Shown piece by piece: positions 26,142 to 35,573 of a DNA stretch of 64,000 nt. The stretch's first letter is position 1, and each line of letters starts with the position of its first letter. Where the stretch lies: sequence record DRR378314_212; one strand, given 5' to 3'. The translations under genes and the position numbers were made by a program. The notes under the pieces are model-generated. The model was not told the DNA's origin. It saw only the letters and a program-made list of their open reading frames with translations, and did no database searches.

Positions 26142-27494
26142 TTATTCTGACGCTGCCTCTGTGGATTCACCTTTTCCCATTAAGTACTCAGCAACCGCTT
26201 GATAAGCCGGTAGCGAGGTTGGGTCAATCTTGGCATTTGCAGCGGTAGGAAAAGACGCTAACCTCACTATTACCATATCTACCGTTGGATCAATATAAAT
26301 GGTCTGCCCATGAACGCCTCGTGCTGCAAAAGCTTCATGCTCGTTGTGTAAAACCCACCACATACTTGTGTAACTTCCGCCTTTTAGCGTGCTGTAACCT
26401 GCTTTAGCAAAAACCTCTTTATCGCCGCCGGCTTGTATGTTGGCGACCGCCTCTTCTGGAAATAATTGCTGATCGTTGATTCTTCCGCGGTTTAGCACCA
26501 ACTGGCCAACACGTGCGAGATCACGCAGGCCTGCGCTAAGTCCGCCGCCTGCAAAGGGAGTTCCTTTTGCATCAACAGTAAAGTAAGCGTCTTGCTCAGC
26601 CCCTATTTTGCTCCAGATACGTTCAGATAATAGTTGGGTTAAATCTTTACCCGTGACCCGCGAAATGATCCAGCCAAGAGTATCAGTGTTAATCGTCCTG
26701 TAACCAAAGGCTTCTCCGTGAATGCCTTTTTGTCTGACGGTTTGTAGATATTCGAAATAGCCGTTCGGGCCTTTATATTCTTTGGGTTTCGGCAAGGGAT
26801 TGGCAGCTTTTGAGTAGATCCATATATCTGCGTTTGGATCGGAGTAATCCTCGCTATAATCTAGTGCCGTGGTCATATCCATAACCTGACGTACAGTTGC
26901 ACTACCAAAAGCACTATCGATAAGCTCGGGAATTATTGATGAAACTTTTACGGTATCGTCAAGCGCACCTTCTACAACGAGTATTTCTGCCAGCAGTCCG
27001 GTCATGGACTTAGTCATCGACATAGCGGCGTGTTTACCCCCCTCGTCCAGACACCCCGAATAGTGTTCATAAACAATTTTGCCTTTATGAAGAATAAGAA
27101 TGCCGTCGGTATAATTTGCTCCAAGAGAGTCCTTCCACTTCATGGTTTGTTCCGTACCCATAGTGTTGAAAGTCACTGAATCGATATTTTTATCAATAGC
27201 GTACTCTAACGATAATGGAGGTTCGGAGCCCTTTCTCACGCGTTTGGTCGGCATGAGTTCGCGAATATGACATACCGTCCAACGCAGCTTCGGAAAGCTA
27301 AAGAAATCTGATTCTGGCTGCATGATGAGTTTCTCAGGCGATGGCGGGAAACCTTTCATCCAGCCTAGCGTTTCTGGGTCAGTAGCTTCTGCATCGGAGT
27401 AGGAAGTTGTTTGCGCGTAGCTATGAGAACAAAGACTCACTAGCACCGCAGCACCTGCAAATAAGCTGAATATTTTATGACTTAAGCATTTCAT
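26142..27494 (-). CDS. Serine hydrolase, 6-aminohexanoate-dimer hydrolase (NylB)-like, exported
   Basis: SMTK (SxxK), FGYRT, GGGLS..LRDLAR, ARGVHGQ.IYIDP, signal peptide. Confidence 0.85.
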   Translation of the reverse strand: MKCLSHKIFSLFAGAAVLVSLCSHSYAQTTSYSDAEATDPETLGWMKGFPPSPEKLIMQPESDFFSFPKLRWTVCHIRELMPTKRVRKGSEPPLSLEYAIDKNIDSVTFNTMGTEQTMKWKDSLGANYTDGILILHKGKIVYEHYSGCLDEGGKHAAMSMTKSMTGLLAEILVVEGALDDTVKVSSIIPELIDSAFGSATVRQVMDMTTALDYSEDYSDPNADIWIYSKAANPLPKPKEYKGPNGYFEYLQTVRQKGIHGEAFGYRTINTDTLGWIISRVTGKDLTQLLSERIWSKIGAEQDAYFTVDAKGTPFAGGGLSAGLRDLARVGQLVLNRGRINDQQLFPEEAVANIQAGGDKEVFAKAGYSTLKGGSYTSMWWVLHNEHEAFAARGVHGQTIYIDPTVDMVIVRLASFPTAANAKIDPTSLPAYQAVAEYLMGKGESTEAASE

Positions 27495-27711
27495 GAGAAT
27501 CCCTTAATAGCGCAAACCACTTTGTTGTGGTTGCTCCTAATCTTAGTCGAGCCTAATAAGCTCTGCCATTAAATAGGTGTTGCATAGCAATTGATGTGAA
27601 TCATTAAAGCCAGGGGGGTCAACGAACCTTTATTTCATTTCTTTTTTTACTACACTTAATAATGAAGAAGTTGAGAAAACGCACTGACATTCTAACGATT
27701 AAGGAGGCTTT

Positions 27712-27909
27712 ATGACCGGGCCAATGAATCCGAAAATTAAAAAAGACGAGCAGGATCTTAGCGAAGAAGAAAAGCGGAAGCTGCAGTCACAGCAGGACAA
27801 AGAAAATCAGAGCCGTGAAGACCACCGTCGGCCAAATTCAACTCATGACACTCACTCGCAGAAAGATAAGCAGATTGCCCCAGAGCAACGTGGCCGGGAC
27901 TCTCAGTAA
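27712..27909 (+). CDS. Small hydrophilic hypothetical protein
   Basis: Strong TAAGGAGG RBS, 65 aa, highly charged. Confidence 0.6.
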   Translation: MTGPMNPKIKKDEQDLSEEEKRKLQSQQDKENQSREDHRRPNSTHDTHSQKDKQIAPEQRGRDSQ

Positions 27910-27938
27910 TTAACAACTGATTGAGAAAGGAGGCAACC

Positions 27939-28238
27939 ATGCCAGACGTTTGGCGCGACAAAGACGAGCGTATGTATCAGCATATTAAGCAGTCACAGCT
28001 GGATGACGGAAAGAGTGAAGACGAAGCAGAGGAAATTGCCAGTCGCACTGTGAATAAGCAGCGACGCGAGGAGGGGGTTACCGATAACACCACTACTCAG
28101 GGGACAGGTAACCCCAATACCCGTCTGGAAGAGCGCACTAAAGATGAGTTATACAATAGAGCGCAGCAGCTCAATATTGATAACCGCAGTCAAAAGAGTA
28201 AAGATGAATTGATTGAGGCTATAAGACAAAAGCAGTAA
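27939..28238 (+). CDS. Small hydrophilic protein with Rho-termination-factor N-terminal-like domain
   Basis: AAAGGAGG RBS, K.ER.Y.HIK..., A.RTVNK.R, and TKDELY..A..LNI..RS..SKDELI. Confidence 0.75.
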   Translation: MPDVWRDKDERMYQHIKQSQLDDGKSEDEAEEIASRTVNKQRREEGVTDNTTTQGTGNPNTRLEERTKDELYNRAQQLNIDNRSQKSKDELIEAIRQKQ

Positions 28239-28242
28239 TGGA

Positions 28243-28277
28243 TTAAAGCTGACGAATGTCTGTTTTGGTGGTTTAAT
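28243..28277 (+). repeat. Direct repeat copy 1 (35 bp) containing a sigma70-like promoter
   Basis: TTAAAGCTGACGAATGTCTGTTTTGGTGGTTTAAT, 32/35 identical to 29373-29407. CTGACG-17bp-TTTAAT with TG extension. Confidence 0.8.
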
Positions 28278-28361
28278 GAAAGCATTGTGACCGAATGAAG
28301 AAATGCCGACTATGCTAGAGCGCTTGATGAAGACACAAAGCTCAAGGATGAGGGATGAAGC

Positions 28362-29369
28362 GTGAATGACAAGCAAATTCAAATATTTGAGAGCCAGGAT
28401 GGGCAGGCACAACTGGAAGTGGCTTTGGAACAGGATACAGTTTGGCTGAACCAGGCTCAGATGTCATTACTATTCGATACCTCGACCGATAACATCGGTT
28501 TGCACCTGAAGAATATTTACAGGGAAGGTGAACTGGAAGCAATGGCAACTACCGAGGATTTCTCGGTAGTTCGGCAAGAAGGTAAACGACAAGTCCGCCG
28601 TCGTGTAAAACATTACAACCTTGATGCCATTATTTCTGTGGGCTACCGCGTGAGCTCCAAACGCGCGACACAGTTCCGCCAATGGGCAACCCGAATATTA
28701 AAAGAGCACCTGGTTGAAGGCTACACTTTAAACCAACGTCGGCTGCAAGAGCGGGGCGTTGAGTTTGAACAGGCTCTGAATCTACTCAGTCGTACACTGA
28801 GCAACCAAGGCTTGGTATCTGAAGCTGGTGAAGCCGTTGCTCAGGTTATAAGTGAGTACGCTCGTTCCTGGTCACTGCTGCAAGGTTATGACGAGCAAGT
28901 TTTAGCGGAAATAGGCACCAGACAAAATGGTATGCAGGCTCTGGATCCAGATAATGCAGCCGATGCCATTCAACAGCTTAGAAAAACACTTATAGCTAAA
29001 GGCGAAGCCACTGAATTATTCGGACAGGTTCGTGGCAATGGACTTTCCTCGGCATTAGCGACGATAGAACAAGGTTTTGCAGATGAGTTGTTTTACCCCA
29101 ACATAGCAAGCCGAGCTGCCCATCTGTTGTACTTTGTTATCAAGAATCATCCCTTAGCCGACGGTAATAAACGCTCGGGTTCTTTCCTATTTTTGTGGTA
29201 TCTGCGATTAAATCAGCATTTATTAGCTAAGCCTGTTGAGCGGTTGATTAACGACAACACTCTCGTGGCTCTGGCACTACTGGTAGCTGAGAGCTTACCA
29301 AATCAAAAAGAGCTGATGATTCGTTTGATCGAACACTTTATTCTGCTGAAGGAGCCAGCCGATAACTAA
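28362..29369 (+). CDS. RhuM/Fic-Doc family fusion protein
   Basis: VWLNQAQM..LF and YNLDAIISVGYRV.S.RATQFRQWAT (RhuM), plus HPLADGNKRSG (Doc-like Fic loop). Confidence 0.9.
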   Translation: MNDKQIQIFESQDGQAQLEVALEQDTVWLNQAQMSLLFDTSTDNIGLHLKNIYREGELEAMATTEDFSVVRQEGKRQVRRRVKHYNLDAIISVGYRVSSKRATQFRQWATRILKEHLVEGYTLNQRRLQERGVEFEQALNLLSRTLSNQGLVSEAGEAVAQVISEYARSWSLLQGYDEQVLAEIGTRQNGMQALDPDNAADAIQQLRKTLIAKGEATELFGQVRGNGLSSALATIEQGFADELFYPNIASRAAHLLYFVIKNHPLADGNKRSGSFLFLWYLRLNQHLLAKPVERLINDNTLVALALLVAESLPNQKELMIRLIEHFILLKEPADN

Positions 29370-29372
29370 GGG

Positions 29373-29407
29373 TTAAAGCTGACGGATGTCTGCTTTGATG
29401 GTTTAAT
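29373..29407 (+). repeat. Direct repeat copy 2 (35 bp) containing a sigma70-like promoter
   Basis: TTAAAGCTGACGGATGTCTGCTTTGATGGTTTAAT, matches copy 1. Confidence 0.8.
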
Positions 29408-29445
29408 ATAGCCCCTTATTTGCAAGGAAAAGTAGTCAAATTGTC

Positions 29446-30153
29446 ATGGCCGACACGCAGTACATAACCAAAAATCGTCTTTCGCAAGAAGTGAATAAAG
29501 CCCGCGTATGGGTCGCTATTATTGGCGCGCCTATTGCGGGTTTTTTAATGTACAAATTACCAAATTTCTGGTGGATTGTCGGACTAATTTACCTCTTCAG
29601 CATTATTGGAGCAGCATCCACTAAGCGTTCGGGCGCCAGAGGCGAATTAAAAACACTGCAGCTTTTAGAGAAACTCCCCGATAACTATGTTTTGTTTAAC
29701 CAGATTGATGTACCCAATTCGCGAGCAAAACGCGGCTTCACGGAGCTGGATTTAATTGTTGTGGGCCCTAACGGCGTGTTTGTAGTCGAAGTGAAGAACA
29801 ACAACTCTAAAGTAACGGGAGATGAGCAATCTTCTAATTGGGTAGCCCATAAAGTAGGTCGTAAAGGTGGCCGATATACAGCGAAAGTTCGCAATCCAAT
29901 AAAACAGTTAAAAAAACAAATTCATGTTTTGGCTGAGCATTTGAAGAAAAACCGCGCATCTATATGGATAGACGGCGTTGTGTTTTTCTCACACCGCAGC
30001 GCACGGGTTAAGCTGTCTTCACCTCCCAGCGTTCCCGTTCTTGAACGTAAAGGATTGGTCGAGTATATTTTGAATTATCAGCCCAAACGGGCACCGTCAA
30101 ATGTTGAGAAAGTCGTTCAACAATTAATAGAACTTAAACAAATGACGAGCTGA
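29446..30153 (+). CDS. NERD (nuclease-related domain) protein with N-terminal TM helices
   Basis: G..GE, ELDLIVVGPNGVFVVEVKN and NPIKQ motifs, two hydrophobic N-terminal helices. Confidence 0.85.
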   Translation: MADTQYITKNRLSQEVNKARVWVAIIGAPIAGFLMYKLPNFWWIVGLIYLFSIIGAASTKRSGARGELKTLQLLEKLPDNYVLFNQIDVPNSRAKRGFTELDLIVVGPNGVFVVEVKNNNSKVTGDEQSSNWVAHKVGRKGGRYTAKVRNPIKQLKKQIHVLAEHLKKNRASIWIDGVVFFSHRSARVKLSSPPSVPVLERKGLVEYILNYQPKRAPSNVEKVVQQLIELKQMTS

Positions 30154-30156
30154 AAG

Positions 30157-30594
30157 ATGTATAAAGAACAAACCGTTAGGGCGAGGCTGGCCCGGAAAAC
30201 CAAAGGCATTCCTGCTTGGCTCTGGTTATTAACCATTTACCTTAGTTACTTTATGGTCTTGCACTTTATCGGCCAGGGATTTGCAGTTTTGTTCGTAGCC
30301 GTAATCGTTGCCTCTGCGTCGCTCATTAGCCCCAGAGATCGAGAGCAGAACAAAGTTAAAAATATCATGACTTTGTTGGATGTTAATGGTGAAAAGTTAC
30401 GTGTTGGGTTGGAACAAGTCCCCAATAAAAAGCTGAAACGCGTAGCGGTGGGCGAATACGACGAGGAATACGCTATTTTACAGTTCCCTTTTAATTATCA
30501 AGTCTCGAGTGACCATCTATTCCCCATTCAGCAGCTCGGTTCAGTCCGCGAATTTTTCAAAACGCATTATCCGCAAGTTGAATTGCTCACCTAA
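30157..30594 (+). CDS. Hypothetical membrane protein (2 TM plus soluble domain)
   Basis: Starts 3 bp after the NERD gene stop, two hydrophobic segments. Confidence 0.7.
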   Translation: MYKEQTVRARLARKTKGIPAWLWLLTIYLSYFMVLHFIGQGFAVLFVAVIVASASLISPRDREQNKVKNIMTLLDVNGEKLRVGLEQVPNKKLKRVAVGEYDEEYAILQFPFNYQVSSDHLFPIQQLGSVREFFKTHYPQVELLT

Positions 30595-30762
30595 TTCTTC
30601 ACACCTTCGCCATCATTTGTTAACAAAAGCGTAACAAAGTTCTTTTAATGTGGCCTGGTGTGTGGTACTTATGAGTTGTGGTTTTTTTGTTAACAAACAG
30701 ATTAACTGCAGCGCTAATACCATAATTAAAAAAGTTGTATCAAAAAAGCAGAGGGTCATAAC

Positions 30763-30933
30763 ATGGATCATTCAGAAGAACTGCAAAAGGTTAATGACAA
30801 GTCTGGTAAGGGTCGCGCGGCAAAACGTAAATGGCGTGAAATAGAACAACTAAAAGAGAAGTACCGGTTGCGGGAAGAACTCTCTGATATGGATTACTCG
30901 CTTGAACTCGATTTAGAAGAAATCGAACTATAA
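30763..30933 (+). CDS. DUF3545 family small protein (56 aa)
   Basis: Below the ORF-track cutoff. My translation MDHSEELQKVNDKSGKGRAAKRKWREIEQLKEKYRLREELSDMDYSLELDLEEIEL has the KRKWREIE..K...RL..EL motif, a GAGG RBS and a downstream terminator. Confidence 0.8.
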   Translation: MDHSEELQKVNDKSGKGRAAKRKWREIEQLKEKYRLREELSDMDYSLELDLEEIEL

Positions 30934-30938
30934 AAAAG

Positions 30939-30976
30939 AACGCCGTCTGGGTTAGCTCAGACGGCGTTTTGCTTTT
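30939..30976. terminator. Rho-independent terminator, probably bidirectional
   Basis: AACGCCGTCTG / CAGACGGCGTT stem with A-rich and T-rich flanks between convergent genes. Confidence 0.8.
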
Positions 30977-31006
30977 GGGCTTACTGCTCTTGTTTTTAGA
31001 AAGAGC

Positions 31007-31783
31007 TTAGCGAATTTGTGCCAGCATTTGTTTTAATGCTTTTGGCGCACCGGCTGCTATATTGCCCGACTGAATGTAGTTGTGGCCACCCTGAAAGTCA
31101 CTGACTATGCCACCGGCTTCGCGAACCAATAATTCGCCAGCCAACATATCCCAGGGCTTAAGACCCATTTCCCAGAATGCATCGTGGCGTGCTGCCGCAA
31201 CATAAGCTAAGTCCAGTGCTGCTGCGCCTGCGCGACGAACGTCGGCACAGTGCTCAAACAACTTGCTGAACATTTCCAGGTATTCCGGTAAACGGTTTTT
31301 CATTTTGAACGGGAAACCCGTTGCTAAAATAGCGCCTTTTAATTCCACTTTAGGTGAAATACGTAAACGACGACCATTTAGCTGCGCACCGGCGCCGCGG
31401 GTAGCGGTAAATAATTCTTCGCGCATAGGATCATAAACAACGGCCTGTTGAACAGAGCCTTTGTGAAGCAACGCTATAGAGATACAAAAGTGGGGGATAC
31501 CGCGCATGTAATTGGTCGTGCCGTCTAGCGGATCAATAACCCACTGGAAGTCGTTTTCTTTTCCAGCCTGAGTACCGCTTTCTTCTGCGATGATGCCGTG
31601 ATCAGGGTAAGACTTTTTGATGGTGTTGATAATAGCCTGCTCTGCGGCTTTATCCATATCAGTAACCCAGTCGTTCAAACCTTTTGATTCGGCTTCAACA
31701 GGACTGCCCTGGTCGAAATTTTTAACTAAAATTTTGCCGGCCGCACGCGCTGCGCGCACCGCAATATTTAACATCGGATGCAT
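31007..31783 (-). CDS. suhB: Inositol-1-monophosphatase
   Basis: [13 protein letters not shown] start, [15 protein letters not shown]. Divergent from trmJ. Confidence 0.96.
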   Translation of the reverse strand: MHPMLNIAVRAARAAGKILVKNFDQGSPVEAESKGLNDWVTDMDKAAEQAIINTIKKSYPDHGIIAEESGTQAGKENDFQWVIDPLDGTTNYMRGIPHFCISIALLHKGSVQQAVVYDPMREELFTATRGAGAQLNGRRLRISPKVELKGAILATGFPFKMKNRLPEYLEMFSKLFEHCADVRRAGAAALDLAYVAAARHDAFWEMGLKPWDMLAGELLVREAGGIVSDFQGGHNYIQSGNIAAGAPKALKQMLAQIR

Positions 31784-31891
31784 ACCAATTACCTGTGCTG
31801 TAAAAGAACAATTTTCGGTCGCGGATCATACCAGTGTTACGGTATCATGCCAAACTTTTCCATAAGCCGAGAAAAACTCAAGGGAAACGCC

Positions 31892-32614
31892 ATGCTTGAT
31901 AACATTCGTATTGTTCTGGTGAATACGTCTCATACCGGAAACATAGGCTCTGTCGCCCGTGCCATGAAGACTATGGGGTTGTCTAAACTAACCTTAGTCG
32001 ACCCTGTGCAGGAGCCTGACAGTCACGCATCGGCGTTGGCCGCTGGCGCAACCGATATTCTGGCGTCGGCGACTATTGTGGATACTCTGCAGGAGGCGAT
32101 TGCCGACTGTGGTCTGGTTATTGCCACCAGTGCCCGGAATCGAACTTTAGACTGGCCGCTGCTAGGCCCGCGAGAGTGTGCGGCAAAAGTATTGGAGGAG
32201 ACCAGCCAGCATCAGGTTGCTCTGGTATTTGGCCGTGAAAACAGTGGATTAACCAACGAAGAGCTACAGCAAAGTCAGTTTCACTTACACATACCAACTA
32301 ACCCCGATTACAGTTCACTGAATCTGGCTATGGCGGTGCAGACTGTGAGTTATGAATTACGCATGCAGTGGCTTGAATCGAAACAACGCGCTCCGGAAAA
32401 TTTACCGGAGTACCCGCGCGCTGAAGATTTAGAACGGTTTTATGAGCATCTTGAAAAGACTCTGGGTCAGACTGGGTTCATTGTTCCTCAGCACCCCGGA
32501 CAAGTCATGACGAAATTGCGTCGTTTATTTAACCGAGCCCGCCCGGAAGAAAATGAAATTAATATTTTACGTGGCATCTTAGCCTCTGTGGACAAATCAA
32601 CGGGTAATACTTGA
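31892..32614 (+). CDS. trmJ: tRNA (C32/U32-2'-O)-methyltransferase
   Basis: [39 protein letters not shown]. Upstream of iscR. Confidence 0.95.
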   Translation: MLDNIRIVLVNTSHTGNIGSVARAMKTMGLSKLTLVDPVQEPDSHASALAAGATDILASATIVDTLQEAIADCGLVIATSARNRTLDWPLLGPRECAAKVLEETSQHQVALVFGRENSGLTNEELQQSQFHLHIPTNPDYSSLNLAMAVQTVSYELRMQWLESKQRAPENLPEYPRAEDLERFYEHLEKTLGQTGFIVPQHPGQVMTKLRRLFNRARPEENEINILRGILASVDKSTGNT

Positions 32615-32631
32615 CTAAAATAGTCGGGAAT
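32607..32631 (+). promoter_or_regulatory. IscR type 1 binding site overlapping a -35-like TTGACT
   Basis: ATACTTGACTAAAATAGTCGGGAAT fits the type 1 IscR motif, directly upstream of iscR. Confidence 0.8.
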
Positions 32632-32680
32632 GTAGAATCTCAATACATTAACGATGAATTAAACAGCAGAGGAAACCACC

Positions 32681-33160
32681 ATGCGCCTGACGTCAAAAGG
32701 TCGATACGCAGTAACAGCTATGCTGGACGTTGCGCTTTTTACGGCAAATGGTCCCGTGCCGTTAGCGGATATTTCTGAGCGTCAGGGAATATCTCTGTCG
32801 TATTTAGAGCAGTTGTTTTCGCGCTTACGTAAGCACGGGTTGGTGGACAGTGTGCGAGGTCCCGGTGGTGGTTATCGTCTGGGCTGTGCCGCAAACGATA
32901 TTTCTGTTGGTGCCGTTATTCACGCGGTGGACGAGTCAATTGATGCAACACGTTGTCAGGGTAAAGCTAACTGTCAGGGCGGCGAACGTTGTTTGACCCA
33001 CTCTTTGTGGGAAGGGTTAAGCGACAGAATATCCGACTTTCTTGACGGTATTACGCTGGCCGAGTTGATGAAGAAAGAGGACGTCGGTGACGTTCTGAAT
33101 AGGCAGAATGCGTTGCATAACCACAGTGAAGAAGAGATTAAGTTAAACTCTCACCTATAA
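32681..33160 (+). CDS. iscR: Fe-S cluster assembly transcriptional regulator
   Basis: [25 protein letters not shown], three Cys plus His cluster ligands. Confidence 0.96.
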   Translation: MRLTSKGRYAVTAMLDVALFTANGPVPLADISERQGISLSYLEQLFSRLRKHGLVDSVRGPGGGYRLGCAANDISVGAVIHAVDESIDATRCQGKANCQGGERCLTHSLWEGLSDRISDFLDGITLAELMKKEDVGDVLNRQNALHNHSEEEIKLNSHL

Positions 33161-33190
33161 TATTGCCTTTAAGTTGTCAGGAGCAAGCAA

Positions 33191-34348
33191 GTGTCTAAGT
33201 TACCTCTTTATTTTGATTATGCTGCAACCACGCCGGTAGACCCTGTTGTAGCAGAAAAAATGATGGGATGTTTAACGCAGGATGGCTTGTTTGGTAACCC
33301 GGCATCGCGTTCGCATAAGTACGGCTGGCAGGCAGAAGAAGCTGTCGATATTGCCCGGAATCAGGTTGCTGACCTTATTAATGCCGACGCGCGCGAAATT
33401 GTTTTTACCTCAGGTGCGACTGAGTCAGATAACCTCGCCATAAAAGGCGCAGCTCAGTATTACTCAGATAAAGGCAAACACGTTATTACACTTAAAACCG
33501 AGCACAAAGCGGTTTTAGATACCTGTGCGCAGCTGGAAAAAGAAGGCTTTGAAGTGACGTATCTGGATGTCGGAACAGACGGCTTGCTGGATATGGATTT
33601 GTTCCGCTCAGCCTTGCGCGAAGATACGGTGTTAGTGAGCGTAATGCTGGTTAATAACGAAATAGGTGTGCTTCAGGATATAACCACTATAGGTCAATTG
33701 TGCCGTGAAAATGGCACAATATTTCATGTTGATGCTGCACAGGCCGCCGGAAAACTTCCGATGAATATGGTCACGTTACCTGTTGATTTAATGTCACTTT
33801 CTGCGCACAAGATGTATGGTCCTAAAGGTATTGGCGCATTGTATGTACGCCGCACTCCGCGAGTTCGGCTGCTGGCGCAAATGCATGGCGGCGGTCACGA
33901 GCGGGGTATGCGTTCGGGCACGTTACCAACTCACCAGATTGTTGGTATGGGTGTTGCGTCGGAACTTGCCCGTAACGAGCTGGAACTGGAGCCTGCAAGA
34001 GTGGAAAACCTGCGTCAGCGACTATGGAAGGGGGTGAGCCAGTTAGAAGGTGTAACTTTGAATGGCTCTGAACAGCAACGCGTGCCGCATATTACTAACA
34101 TCAGTTTTGCCGGGGTTGATGGCGAATTGCTGCTAATGGCGTTAAAAGATCTTGCGCTTTCTTCGGGCTCGGCCTGCACTTCGGCCAGTGTTGAGCCTTC
34201 GTATGTCCTTAGTGCTTTAGGGGTTGGGCATGAACTGGCAATGAGTTCACTGCGCTTTAGCATTGGGCGTTACACTTCCGAAGAAGACATTGACAGTGCG
34301 ATAGAACTTATCCATCGCACTGTAGGTACTTTGCGAGGCGCTGCTTAG
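33191..34348 (+). CDS. iscS: Cysteine desulfurase (C-terminally short)
   Basis: [30 protein letters not shown] Lys, SSGSACTS. Confidence 0.93.
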   Translation: MSKLPLYFDYAATTPVDPVVAEKMMGCLTQDGLFGNPASRSHKYGWQAEEAVDIARNQVADLINADAREIVFTSGATESDNLAIKGAAQYYSDKGKHVITLKTEHKAVLDTCAQLEKEGFEVTYLDVGTDGLLDMDLFRSALREDTVLVSVMLVNNEIGVLQDITTIGQLCRENGTIFHVDAAQAAGKLPMNMVTLPVDLMSLSAHKMYGPKGIGALYVRRTPRVRLLAQMHGGGHERGMRSGTLPTHQIVGMGVASELARNELELEPARVENLRQRLWKGVSQLEGVTLNGSEQQRVPHITNISFAGVDGELLLMALKDLALSSGSACTSASVEPSYVLSALGVGHELAMSSLRFSIGRYTSEEDIDSAIELIHRTVGTLRGAA

Positions 34349-34890
34349 TCCTTAAGCAGGCCAGCAAAGGTTTTACGGAATTTAGCCAGCTTCGGTGAAA
34401 TAACCGCCTGACAATACGGGTTTTCCGGGTTTCTGGCGTAATAATTTTCGTGATAGTCCTCTGCCGGGTAAAAAGTCCCTAACTCAGTGATTTCCGTTAC
34501 GATAGGAGCCGCAAATGCTGCATCGGCTTCAAGTTCCGCAATAATATTTTCCGCTTCTCGTTTTTGCGCGTCGTTATGATAGAAAATTGATGTGCGATAT
34601 TGCGTACCCACATCGTTGCCCTGACGATTGACCTGAGTTGGATCGTGCAGAGTGAAAAAGATTTCTAAGATTTGACGGTAAGAGATCTGCTCTGGGTCGT
34701 ACTGGAGTTGTGCAACTTCGGCATGTCCTGTTTCGCCACTGCAAACCTGCTCGTAAGTTGGATCGATGGTATGCCCGCCAGTGTAGCCCGATTTAACCGA
34801 CTGAATGCCTTTTACCTGGAGGAAGGCTGACTCAACACACCAGAAGCAACCTCCACCCAGAGTGGCTTGTTCATATTCATTGTTCGCCAT
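34345..34890 (-). CDS. msrA: Peptide methionine sulfoxide reductase A
   Basis: [30 protein letters not shown] at 34890 after AAGGAG. Confidence 0.95.
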   Translation of the reverse strand: MANNEYEQATLGGGCFWCVESAFLQVKGIQSVKSGYTGGHTIDPTYEQVCSGETGHAEVAQLQYDPEQISYRQILEIFFTLHDPTQVNRQGNDVGTQYRTSIFYHNDAQKREAENIIAELEADAAFAAPIVTEITELGTFYPAEDYHENYYARNPENPYCQAVISPKLAKFRKTFAGLLKD

Positions 34891-35056
34891 GTCAGAACTC
34901 CTTATCGTCAAATAGACGTCTATATGGCTATATAAGTTCTCTCATCCTAGCTGAGAATGAATGAAAAAACAATCACTGGGTATTCGATTTCTGTGCCGAT
35001 CTCACGTATAATCCGCGCGACTGATTTATCCCTTAATTTTATTGGAGTTTATAACC

Positions 35057-35488
35057 ATGGCTTTAGAGCGCACTCTATCAATTATCAAGCCTGATGCAGT
35101 TGCAAAAAACTTAATCGGCGCTATCTATAACCGTTTTGAATCTGCTGGTCTTCGCATTGTTGGTGCTAAAATGATGCACTTAAGCAAAGAACAGGCAGAA
35201 GGTTTCTATGCAGAACACAAAGAACGTCCTTTCTTTGGCGCTTTGGTTGAATTCATGACTTCAGGCCCTATCGTTGTTCAGGTTCTTGAAGGTGAAGACG
35301 CTGTACGTAAGAACCGCGACATCATGGGTGCTACGAATCCTGCAGAAGCACTGGCAGGAACTATTCGTGCCGACTATGCTGAAACTATAGACGAAAATGC
35401 GGTACATGGTTCAGACGCAACTGAATCTGCTGCTCGCGAAATCTCTTACTTCTTCAGCGACGAAGAAGTTTGCCAGCGCACTCGCTAA
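35057..35488 (+). CDS. ndk: Nucleoside diphosphate kinase
   Basis: [24 protein letters not shown]. Confidence 0.98.
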   Translation: MALERTLSIIKPDAVAKNLIGAIYNRFESAGLRIVGAKMMHLSKEQAEGFYAEHKERPFFGALVEFMTSGPIVVQVLEGEDAVRKNRDIMGATNPAEALAGTIRADYAETIDENAVHGSDATESAAREISYFFSDEEVCQRTR

Positions 35489-35500
35489 GACTGTATTCGA

Positions 35501-35556
35501 ATGTAGCCTGATGCTATTGCATCAGGTGAGAGCCTGACGGAAACGTCAGGCTGCAT
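35501..35556. repeat. Inverted pair of REP-like hairpins
   Basis: GTAG-CCTGATGC-TATT-GCATCAGG, then on the opposite strand GCAG-CCTGACG-TTTC-CGTCAGG. Confidence 0.6.
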
Positions 35557-35573
35557 CAGAAAACCGGAGCTTT

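Noticed and set aside
28243-29407. Direct repeats as a CRISPR array or Xer dif sites
   Set aside because: Only two copies, 1.1 kb apart, no cas genes, and no match to XerC/XerD arm consensus.
30650-30844. 64-aa ORF in the track
   Set aside because: Overlaps the better-supported DUF3545 gene (30763-30933) in another frame and covers its promoter region.
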